DNA of 64,000 nt from assembly GCF_037042905.1 (NCBI RefSeq), contig NC_087251.1, positions 1,116,001 to 1,180,000 on the forward strand, read 5' to 3'. The stretch is from Lytechinus pictus (Eukaryota). Below, piece by piece: positions 48,602 to 59,884 of the stretch. The notes beneath the pieces were generated by a model that was not told the origin of the DNA, made no database searches, and worked only from the letters and a program-made list of their open reading frames with translations. A program made the translations under genes and the position numbers. Position 1 is the first letter of the stretch. Each line of letters opens with the position of its first letter.

Positions 48602-49377
48602 CATAGATACCATCTATCACTGTTTTGGTGATGACAGTTAGAGGCCGATGATTTTTATTCAATATCTTGTAATTATTGTGATAATTTTTCTACAACAATG
48701 CGAGCGAGCAAATTGGAGTTGGAAGACAGAATAATATTGTGCCCAAATACGCGTCTGATGGTATGTTATTATCCGTTCTTATCACATCTAGGGGCATTAT
48801 TTTGGATAATTGATCAAACCTCTTAGTCTTAAAAAGCTGAAAGTACCGGCACATGAGTCCCATTCAGTGCCCCCCCCCCCGGCCCCGAAATCAGATGACG
48901 CCCACGTCGAGCTTCTCTATAGGCCTTCCATGCGTACATAGAGAATGTTTTCCCGTGATGTGACCTTCTATATCTCGCACCTGCATGGCAACTGACACCG
49001 GTCGGAGCTTATTTTATCCAGCTCTATATATAGGCCTACCAGGCTGGTCAATAAGCCGGGCTTCAAGCTCCTTGGTCAAACGACCATACACCCGGGGGGG
49101 GGGGGAGTCAAATGTATTGCTGTACACATGCGTGACCAAATTATTTCTAAATACCCTCTAAACGAGTTTTTCTCTGTGTGCAAAATAACCCCCTAAACAA
49201 GTTTTTCACGGGCTTCATTTTGGCCCCTATTGTCGCCAGAATATGACCCCTAAACAATTTAGTTTGTCTACTTGCTATAACATGCCTAACAATAAGCTCG
49301 ACAAAACTATATTCATGTTGGGTATGTCCCCATCGGAAAGAACCCGAGGAAAATGCTTGGAAAAAACATACCCTAAA

Positions 49378-52210
49378 CATAGGCGGATCCAGCTTTTGGC
49401 GAAAGGGGGGCGCACTGCCGAGCGGCGCACATATTTTTGCACTTCACCGGCGCCATAAAAGAAAATGTTGAAAAAGGGGTAAAGTCTGACCCTGTCAAAT
49501 GCTCTTTTAAAAATGTAGGATTTCCAGTCATGCCATTTTGCATGACCACACGCAGATAATTTTTCCGGGGGGGGGGGGCAAGACTCGAAAAATTGGTGCA
49601 CATCTCACATTTGCACATTTTTCATAGTTTTCATGAAATGTTAAGGAAAAAATTGTTTTTCACAACAGCAGATCGTGAATGTGCCCCCCTTCCCCCTTGC
49701 TGCGTACGACCATTCCCTGAAGTCCACTTAAACATATCTCATTATAACAGAAATATACATCAATTTAAACATATAATCTTTCTAAAACATATATACATGT
49801 AGAGAGAGATTGAAAAACTTATTAAAGAAAGAAACAAGCAAAAGTAACACAAATTATGCATGTTATGTGCGATTTCAAAATCTCGTGTATTAACCCTTTT
49901 ATTGCGATGAGGCCAATACTTTTGTATATTAATAGAGATACAAGTTTTTTTTTACTATATGTATATATATATATATACACAGGGGCGTCGATCCTTTTTT
50001 TAAGATTTGGGGGGCAAAATCATGAATCAACTTTCCAAAGGCGCTCGATATCACACAAAACAAACAAACTCACACAAACACACACACTTATGCATATATA
50101 TATATATTTATATGACTCATGAGATTGAAACACATATCTCACCAACAAATTAATGCGAGCGCGAAGCGCGAGCTGAAATTTTTTAGTATACTGACCTAAA
50201 AACAGGAAAAAGGTGCCTGTTTAGGACTGTTTGTAGTAACTCATGAGGATACATATCTCACTACACAGATAATGCGAGTGCCGAGGGCGAGCTGAAATTT
50301 CTTTATATTCTGACCAGAAAGCTTGATATTCTATGCATTTTTGGTACCAATGATTAAGATGGGTATCTCAAAAAACAATAGATGCGAGCGCGAAGCGCGA
50401 GCTTAAAATTTTGATATTTCGATCTGAAAAAAAAATGACAGTTTAATTGACGTTTGTATTAAAGAACAAGATTATATCCAGCAAAAGATTATTGCAAATC
50501 GAAGCGGGAGTTCTTTTGACGTTTAGTCTTGAAAAGGGGACATTCTATTTACCTATTTAATCATGAAAAGTATGGGGTTTTGCTACAGAAATGATGCGAG
50601 CGCGAAGCGCGAGCTGAAAATTTTTATATTCCAATCTGAGAAGCGGATAATTTAAGCACGATTTAAAAAAAAGAACGAGTTGTGTAGCTCAATATACGAC
50701 TGGTTGCGTATACACTCCCGATACTAGCAACGGGTTTTAGCAAAGTTTTGGGCTAAAATATCGAATCATCTTCATAAAACACTATAGCAGCTGTCTTAAA
50801 CTAAAGGCCATAGAGGTGGCACAATGTGGAATGTGTAAAGAAGAAAAGTGACTGACCTTCTTTTTATTAAAGCATTGGAAAATGAGATCAAAATTAAAGG
50901 TTTTGCTCTACGCTTTTGTATGATTCTGAGATTTTTAAAATAAATTAAAGATTTCATGACATCTGTCATTCTGTGGGCAACTGCCCCGCCCCAGTCCACT
51001 CTGTAAGGGCATGCGATAAGCTTTGTTATGACCATTCAACAATAAAATGTATAACCAGGTGCCGCTGATCATTCTTGACCGGCGCTGATCTAGATTTGGT
51101 TGGCAATTCTTCATTATTCTACCGGCGCCTTATTTATTGGAACCAGGGGACGCTGATTATTTTTACCGACGTCACGTAAGATTCAGACAGCGGCAAATCA
51201 TAACTGACTGGCGCCGATTATTCTTGACTGGCGCCGATTTTTAACCTGGTGGTGCTGATTATTCTTGTCCAGTGCCGATTTATAGATTTAGGTGGAGCTG
51301 ATTATTCTTGATCGGCGCCGGTTAAGACTCAGGCAGCGCCGATTTATAAACAGATGGCGCTGATTATTCTTGACCAGCCCCGATTTAGATATAGGTGGCG
51401 CTGATTATCCTTGATCGGCGCCGGTAACGAACTCAGGCAGCGCCGATTTTTCTTTACCGGCGCCGATTTATTACCAGATGGCGCCGTTTATTCTTGCCCG
51501 GCGCCGATTTAGATTTAGGTGGAGCTGATTATTCTTGATCGGCGCCGGTTAAGACTCTGGCCGCGCCGATTTATAACCAGATGGCGCTGATTATTCTTCT
51601 CCGGCCCCGATTTAGATTTAGGTGGCGCAGATTATCCTTGATCGGCGCCGGTTAAGAACTCAGGCAGCGTCGATTTTTCTGTACCGGTGCCGATTTATAA
51701 CCAGATGACGCCGATTATTTTTATCTGGTGCCGATTTAGATTTAGGTGGCGCAGATTATCCTTGATCGGCGCCGGTTAAGACTCTGGCAGTGCCGATTTT
51801 TCTCGACTGGCGCCGATTTATAACCAAATGGCGCTGATTATTCTTGTCTGGCGCCGATTTAGATTAAGGTGGCGCTGATTATTCTTGATTGGCGCCAGTT
51901 ATGCAAGCAGCGCACTGCTGATTATTTGTAACCGGCGAAGTTGTTGGGAAAAGGGTTGTTAAAAGAAAAGATAAGGAAGATGATATGATTGTGCTTTGCT
52001 GGGGGATAGTCTTTCCTTACTGTTGCTAATATTATATCAGTGTATAATTTTTTTAAACGGCGCCTTTTCTTTTCTTTTCCTTTATTTTCATTTTTTCAAG
52101 CAGCGCCTTTTCTTTCTTTTACTTTTTTTTTTTTTGAGCGGCGCCTTCGGCGCCGCTCAAATATTAGGGGGGGGGGCGCCCCCTGCGCCACCCCCCTGGA
52201 TCCGCCACTG
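49378..52210. mobile_element. CA..GGCGGATCC-type element with 5-bp TSD, carrying a satellite
   Basis: Termini CATAGGCGGATCCAG / CTGGATCCGCCACTG; CTAAA duplicated at 49373-49377 and 52211-52215. Confidence 0.6.
51055..51940. repeat. Higher-order tandem repeat built on GGCGCC/GGCGCT-GATT subunits
   Basis: About 20-bp subunits grouped into roughly 100-120-bp units (GGCGCCGATTTAGATTTAGGTGGCGCTGATTATCCTTGATCGGCGCCGGTTAAG...). Confidence 0.9.
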
Positions 52211-53130
52211 CTAAATACGTTTGACCCCGCGATTGACCATTGACCAGTCTTTCAAAACCACCCTTTTTGTGAAAATCGGTGTTTTTGATACCCTTAACGA
52301 GTGCACGCGTGTCCCGCGTCCAAAACTGAAAAAAAAACACCCTTTTAAACGCGTTTTGTTTGGTCACGCATGTGTATATACAGCAATATATTTGACTGCC
52401 CCCCCCCCCCCCCACGGGCCATAACCCTTCCCCGGACCTAGTGTTCCTGGTTTCACTACCCGGACCCTGCATACCCCACACCCTGCCTGCGTTCTATCTC
52501 ATGCACTGTAGGCCTACAGTACTCCATTCATGAATCAGTGGCCCGATCAGTGGTACTCTCCAAACGGCGACTAGTGTGCAAGCAAAGACTCATATTTTAT
52601 ACCGGGATTTTATATTTTCACCAATCATACCATGTCTAGAATGAAGAATAGACTACACGCCAAACTCTGTCTGCATCGACTACAGTACATAATAGATCTT
52701 TTCTCACTGACTACTTCAGACTATGACGCACTATGCGAATTGCGAAAATTAAGGGTATGTGCCTGCAGACTAAATCTGCGCGCGCTGAACAGGAACATTT
52801 GGCGCGAAAATTGATTTTGCTCCCGCTCGCATGATGCGAACACGGAATTGGATCCGAAGCGTAGTATGAATTCGGGGCATGTATGCTATGATCCCGTAAT
52901 CTTACATGATTTTCATGAAATGTGAATGAACATCAAATCTAATATATATCATATGACGTTTTTTCTTAACAGAGTAAATTAATAAGCGATTTTCTGTACG
53001 ATTTCGGCATGTAAATTCGGGTGTAAATTGCATCAAATTAAAAAAGCAGACGACGCCTCGAATACATCTGATGATCATGGTGTACAAACGGGTGACAATT
53101 CATCTGGACAATAACCGTAGCACTTTGCTA

Positions 53131-53203
53131 GCCCGGTTAGCTCAGTCGGTAGAGCATGGGACTCTTAATCCCAGGGTCGTGGGTTCGAGCCCCACATTGG
53201 GCG
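53131..53203 (+). tRNA. tRNA-Lys(CUU)
   Basis: GCCCGGTTAGCTCAGTCGGTAGAGCATGGGACTCTTAATCCCAGGGTCGTGGGTTCGAGCCCCACATTGGGCG, 73 nt, full cloverleaf, anticodon CTT, Pol III terminator TTTTT at 53208-53212. Confidence 0.95.
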
Positions 53204-53534
53204 CACATTTTTAAAATTTTAAGCAGCGCATGTACTTACTAGTATGGTATTTAAAATCATTAAGACATCATGCATCAAAATGGCACTCTTTAGGTCTGTA
53301 TATAGGACCTATCGTGTTCAAGGTGACCATATTTGGACAGTTTGTGATCTGATCAGTTTCACTTAAAGCCAAACATTTTCAGAGGGCACAGAAAAAAAAA
53401 CAAGCAAGCAAACGAAGCGAGCGATAAAAGAATTGTGATAGATTTTGACATACCGTAAAAAAAAAAATACGATAAAATACGATATCATAAATCACCCTTT
53501 CCTATTTTGCTACTCTGCATAAAATTGTTAAAGG

Positions 53535-56500
53535 ATGCTCAGATCGTTGAAAAAATGTAGCGAAGAATCTTTCAATCTTAAACTGTCTGCCGTTGATTGG
53601 TCAGATTTAACCCAATGCACTGACGTAAATAAGGCTTGGTCAGTTTTTCAAAATACTTTTATTTCAACGTTGAATATGATAGCGCCTCAAAAACGGATTA
53701 GAATTAAACAGAGATCAGAAAACTGGATTACTAAAGATATTATTTCTCTTATTCGAGAAAGAAATGTGGCGTATAAAAAAACGAAGAAAAATCTAAGCGA
53801 TCAGGATTATGACACGCTTTCCAAAAGATACAAGAAATTAAGAAATATGGTTCAAAGAGAGGTGAAAAAGGCCAAATTAGAATACCTACAAAATAAAATA
53901 GAAGAAAATAAAAATGATTCTAAAAGACTTTGGCAGAATCTAAAAAGTTTGGGATTAAAAAAGAAAAATGGAAAGGACCAAGAATTAGTCGTTTCAATTG
54001 ACGGAGAATTATGTCATGATAAGATTACTATTTCCAATGAATTCAATTCCTATTTTACAAATGTCGCAGCTACGTTGGTAGATAAACTTCCATCTTGCAA
54101 AGACATTTTCAGTGCAGACAGTGAAAACATTCGTGAATTTTATGAAAAAAAAAGGTATAAGGCAAGATAAATTTGAATTATTACCTGTTAGTGATCAATT
54201 CATTTTTAATGAGTTGCGTAAATTAAATGTATCAAAAAGCACTGGGTTAGATTTGATACCTGCTAAATTTCTAAAAGAAGGAGCAAAGAGTTTGTACAAA
54301 CCATTAAATTTCTTGATAAATCTATCTATCTTTACCAGCTCTTTCCCAGAGGATATGAAAATTGCAAAAGTAACTCCTATTCATAAGAAGAAAGATAAAA
54401 CTGCTGTTGAAAACTATAGACCTATCAGTGTTTTAAGCATAGTATCCAAAATTCTAGAAAAGGCGGTATGTGTTCAGATCGAAAAATATTTTAAAGAAAA
54501 TGATATGATTTACGAATATCAGTCAGGTTTTCGACATGACTATTTGACTGAGACATGCCTTATTCACTTGACTGATTATCTGAGAACAAATATTTCTAAG
54601 GGACAATTCGTTGGGATGGTACTCCTAGATCTTCAAAAAGCATTTGATACAGTTAATCACGGCATCTTATTGAAAAAATTACAAATAATGGGTTTTAACA
54701 AGGCTACTGTAGCATGGTTCAAATCCTACTTGTCGAATCGACATCAAGTAGTGGCTATTCGCGATATTTGTTCCAAAATTATGCCTATAACGTGTGGAGT
54801 TCCACAGGGAAGTATTTTAGGCCCAATCCTATTTTCAACTTATATCAATGACATGTCTATTTGTATAAAAGCTGACTGTAAATTATTATTGTATGCAGAT
54901 GATAGCGTACTACTTTGTTCAAATGCCAACCCAAAATTTGTTGAGGAAAAACTTAGCGAACAGCTGTCTACATGTGTCGATTGGATGACTGATAATAGAT
55001 TATCGTTACACTTAGGCAAAACCGAAAGCATTCTGTTTTGTTCTAAAAGTAATCATAAAACTTCATTTGAATTTGAAGTATCATACAATAATAAGATAAT
55101 TCAGAGGAAAGAATCTGTAAAGTATTTAGGCATTGAGTTGACTAGCTCCCTTTCATTTTCATCTTTAGTAGAATCAATCGTAAAAAAGGCGAATGCCCGT
55201 TTGAAATTTTTGTACAGGTATCAAAGTTGTATGGATCAAAAAGCAAGGCGTATTCTCTGTTTTGCTCTTATTCAGAGTTTATTTGACTATGCCAACCCTG
55301 CTTGGTTTAGTGGCATAAGCGAACTCGATAAAAAGAAGTTGAAAATTATACAGAATAAAATGGTTAGATTCATTAGCTGTTCTGGTCCCAGACCCCATGT
55401 TGGCTACACCGAACTCTCTGGAGCAGGTTTTCTTGAAGTCAACAAAAGATCAAAACAGTTAAAGACCCTGACCGGTGTAAAAACAATCATATATCAAAAT
55501 AAAGGTAATGATTCATACAATACGAATATACCAAAAATATTACATATATCTCCTTCCAATAGTTAACAATATCAAATAAAAATCAAAGAAACTGCTCCTC
55601 CAAAGTACGCTTCGATTGAGCACCCCCACGTCGCCTGGAAATGATGACGTCACGTTGTGTCAGGAGGGTTGTGATTCCATAGGTTTGTATACAAAAGCAT
55701 TGGGTATTTTCTTCCATTTCCATGTTATGAATCCATTTTTTTTTTCCGTTTTCAGATGAAAATGGCACTCAAAATTATTCACTGTTCAAATTGTTGTAAA
55801 CCTACAACTATTCACTACCTTTTTTGTGATTTCTTTGTTTGGCTCTTATTGGGCCTAAATTGCTTTGTCAGGAAAAGTTGTTATACATAATCTAAATGCA
55901 GATAGAATTGAAATCTGCGCCAAATAAGCAGGAAATAAAATATGGCAAAAACTAGTTCAAAACTGCAGATTTCATAAATTCAAGCTTGTGGGTAAAAATA
56001 TATGTGATATCCCTCTGTGATAGAAGTGAAGAGAATGAAATGCGTTATCTGGAAAGCCAAAAAATCACCCAGTTTTTCTGTGTACAAACCTATGGAATCA
56101 CGACGCTTCTTACACAACGTGACGTCACGGTCTCGAGGCAGGTGAAAAGCACAATAAAGCCTATTTTCTAAGCGGGGTTCGAAACCCGATAATTGGAATA
56201 TTCTTAAGCAAAATACTCAGCTGGGAAGCGGTGAAAATGCATAAAGCATACCTTGGTGTATTTAGTAGCTTATAAGCTTTCGATTGGTATATAATTTATC
56301 AATTTCATTTTCGGGTCCGGTCTGGATCTTTAATTTTGCACCACGTGCATAAAATCTATCATAATAGATCGAATCATTACATTGGATCAAACTTTAATCT
56401 AGTTACCGAAATACATAACTATATAATACAAGAAACAGCCATTTCAATTTTTGCTTACCAGAAAGGATAGGTAGTATTGGTAACTCATTTTATTACAATG

Positions 56501-57195
56501 CTATAAAACATTGGAATTCCCTTCCCAATGATATAAAGGAAATAGGAAACTTTTTGCATTTTAAGAGGAAATTGAAAGAATATCTTTCACTTGAGAGTCA
56601 AAAAGAAGATGCAAATGATATGTTGTACGGTTGATTTAGCCTGAATACTGACCTAGTTCTTTTCTCTTCTCTACTAGGTATTATTATGTATTTTACATAG
56701 TTTGATTGAAGCTTCGATATGTCCTTTCTTCTATTTTTTCAATTTTTTTATCTCTTCCAATTCTCCTCTTCGTGTTGTTATTGGCGTCACGTTTTTGCTG
56801 TTGTTCTTGAAAATCTTCTCCTTATTTATTTTCCTTCGTTATCAGTTTCTTCCGTCTCCTTCTACTCCTCGTCCCCTCTCTTCTTCTGTTCCTCCTCTTC
56901 CTTCTCCTTCTCCTTCTTTTCTTCTTCTTCTTCGTTATATTCTTGTATATATCTTATTTATTGTCTATATATCTTATTTATTGGTAATAGTAAATTCTGA
57001 TTTTTTTTTCTTCATTTTTAATATGTAAATAGTATAATTTTACCATTTTATTATCTTAATTCTGTATATTGAGGACCCCACTGGAAATAAGCTTTCGAGC
57101 TTTCGTGGGTCATCCTGTGCAAGCCTGTTGTTTTAATGCTACTGTATATATGTTATGGTGACTTGCCAAATAAAATCAATCAATCAATCAATCAA
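53535..57195 (+). mobile_element. 5'-truncated L2/Crack-like LINE; ORF2 (RT) frameshifted and interrupted
   Basis: ORFs 53535-54170 and 54112-55566 with NYRPIS, DLQKAFDTV, GVPQGSILGP and YADD. Frameshift at the A-run near 54145. The frame resumes after the 55463-56329 insertion to TGA 56632-56634. 3' stem-loop and (TCAA)n tail. Confidence 0.92.
55463..56329. mobile_element. Kolobok-type MITE inserted in the LINE ORF2
   Basis: TTAA|AGACCCTGACCGG ... CCGGTCTGGATCT|TTAA; internal inverted repeat at about 55644-55697 / 56080-56128. Confidence 0.85.
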
Positions 57196-57920
57196 AAGGA
57201 GCATCCCTTTAAGAAAAACAATTAATGTTTGAATATTTTCACATAAATGTGTTCGAAATCACGAAATGCGAGACAAAACATTGTGAAGGTTTGTTTTATA
57301 CGGGACGCGGAGAAATTGCTGGAATACAAGACCCTTGAAATCCGGGACGTAAAAATCAAAGTTTGTCACACTCCTATGAAGTTCCTATATCTATGGGCAA
57401 GAAATCAACAAAAGTGATGATGAAGAGGCATACAGTCAAACCTATGTAGTGGCCACCTGTCTGCAATTATATAGTGATGACTAAAATCGATTCATTGTGT
57501 GTATAAGAGTCTGTCTATAACAGTCACGTATCTATAAAGGTCATGATTGTTTAGTGGCATATATCATGTATATAGACATATTTCACTGTCATAATGATAA
57601 ATCATATAAAAATGGAGATTGCGTTGATGCGCTTTATTAATTTTTATAGTACCTTTTCTAAATTCTGTGAATTGTTAACCCATTTTTGCAAAGACCTTTC
57701 ATCCATTCATTTTGAAACGAAAGGTTACCCCCACCCCACCCCCGCCTATAGGTATATTATAGGCTATCAGTGGCGGTTAATCCCCCACTCTCGCCCTAAA
57801 ACACCTCTTTTCTCCCATTCCCTTAACCCCCTTTCCCTTCATACTTCGCTCATATAGGCCTATTCAATACTAACAAGTCATTTTTCATTTTGTCACTAAC
57901 CTGCATAGCAGAGGGTATCA

Positions 57921-58286
57921 GGACAACTACCCCCCGGACAATTACCCCCTGAGGACAATTACCCCCCGGACAATTACCCCCCGGACAATTACCCCCCGAG
58001 GACAACTACCCCCCGAGGACAACTACCCCCGGACAATTACCCCCTGGACAATTACCCCCCGGACAACTACCCCCCGGACAATTACCCCCGGACAATTACC
58101 CCCGGACAACTACCCCCCGGACAATTACCCCCCGGACAATTACCCCCGGACAACTACTCCCCGGACAACTACCCCCCGGACAATTACCCCCCGGACAATT
58201 ACCCCCCAGGACAACTACCCCCCGGACAATTACCCCCCGGACAACTAACCCCCGGACAATTACCCCCGGACAATTACCCTAGACAA
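57921..58286. repeat. Minisatellite (GGACAA[T/C]TACCCCC[C])n, ~15-bp unit, about 24 copies
   Basis: Directly visible tandem array. Confidence 0.95.
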
Positions 58287-59587
58287 AGGGAGTGCACAGA
58301 GTCATACATCGGCCGTACGGTTGACGTAAGAAGTACTCAAGGCATTCTCGAGTATCTTGGAATCAAACGTACGCCGTAAGAAAGTTGTAAAATTGAACTC
58401 CATCCATAGGCGGATCTAGGGGGGGGCGGAGGGGCCCGGCTCCCCCCCCCCTATTGGCAGAGCAAAAAATGAAAAAAGGGGGAAAGAAAGAAAAAAAGAA
58501 AAAAAGAAAAAGAAGGGGAAAGAAAGGAGGAAAAATAAGAGGTAAAATAAGAGGAGGGAGACGAGTGAAAAAAAAGGTCAGGGATGACTTGGAAAATGAT
58601 TAAAAAATATATTTCATGTCACTATATTAATTTTTTTCGCTCGCGCTTCGCGCTCGCATAGCATGTTCGATGAGATACACATCTTGCTAAATAGGCTGAT
58701 ATGTAGCTTAAAATATCAAGTTTTGAAGTCGATATTACAAAGCATATTTCAGCTCGGACATTATTCATTATTTTGTTTGATTTACAAACTGATTTTTTAG
58801 TGCTCTGTTTAATGTCCGTTTTATGGTGTGAATATAACTTGCAGCTTGCGCTATGCGCTCGCATTATTTGATTTGCCAAATTATATAACAAACTACTTAA
58901 AACCCCCCTTTTATGACAGTTTACCAAAAATTTCGTCTCACGATTTGCGCTCGCATTTTTGTTAAAAATATATCAACTCACAAATCCTATTCATGATTAC
59001 AAAGGTGCTTAAAATATAAAGTTTTCAGGCCTCAGTGTCAACACATTTTACTCACTCATTTAGGCTTATTACATCAATAAATATGATAATAAAATTTTCA
59101 TGAATTCTTAATGACTAAATTGTCCCTTATCAGAAAAGAATATCGACAATAGCACAGTTTCATATGTTTCATATCGCGCTCAGGAAGAGGAATAAGAAAG
59201 TTGTCATCATTTTCATACGATGACAAAATGTCCTTAGACCTAGAATGTCCAGGTCCAAGGTCAAAATATTAATGAAGATATCAGCTAGCGCTTCACACTC
59301 GCATCATTAATTAAGTGCTTTCCACATCCACTTCACAATTTCCCAACACAATGCTTTAGATAGTGCTCAAATTCACCATTTTCATACCGGAATATCAAGT
59401 ATTTTCCGCTCGCGCTTCGCGCTCGCATTGCTTTTTCGATGAGATTAATATCTTGCTCAATATAGGCTGATATGGAGCTTAAAATATCAAGTTTCGAAGT
59501 CAATATACGAAACATATTTCATCTCGGATATCGAGCTTTCATTATTTTTAAATTTACAAATTGATTTTTCAAGTGCTCTGTAAAATG

Positions 59588-59835
59588 TCAGATTCAGATT
59601 CAGATTCAGATTTATTTCCAACAGAAATGACATAAATATTGATACAAATCATTTTTTATACATTATAACAAATATTTACGATACAAAACATTAATGATAA
59701 TTGACATATCAAGATAATACAAAACATTATTGTAGACAAAATTATGATATATAGTTTAGATAGAAGAAAAGTATCTGTGGAAATGGGAGATTCACTCAAA
59801 AGCATAGCTTGTATAAATGTGAACCCCCCTCAAGG

Positions 59836-59884
<49 letters not shown>

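Larger units (their letters stand above)
49091..52418. mobile_element. G-run-TIR DNA transposon with nested insertion
   Basis: About 50-bp TIRs CCCG(n)AGTCAAATGTATTGCTGTACACATGCGTGACCAAA / TTTGGTCACGCATGTGTATATACAGCAATATATTTGACTGC(n)ACGGG; TSD imperfect. Confidence 0.7.

Noticed and set aside
51055..51940. Possible CRISPR-like array or repeat-protein gene
   Set aside because: The sequences between repeats are themselves repeated, there are no cas genes, the context is eukaryotic, and no long ORF covers it.
52519..52558. Fifth candidate micro-element GTACTC|CATTCATG...ATCAGTG|GTACTC
   Set aside because: Only a 6-bp duplication and a poor TIR match; could be chance.
57921..58286. Telomere-like repeat or Pro-rich coding repeat
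   Set aside because: The unit is not TTAGGG, and variable C-run length breaks any reading frame.
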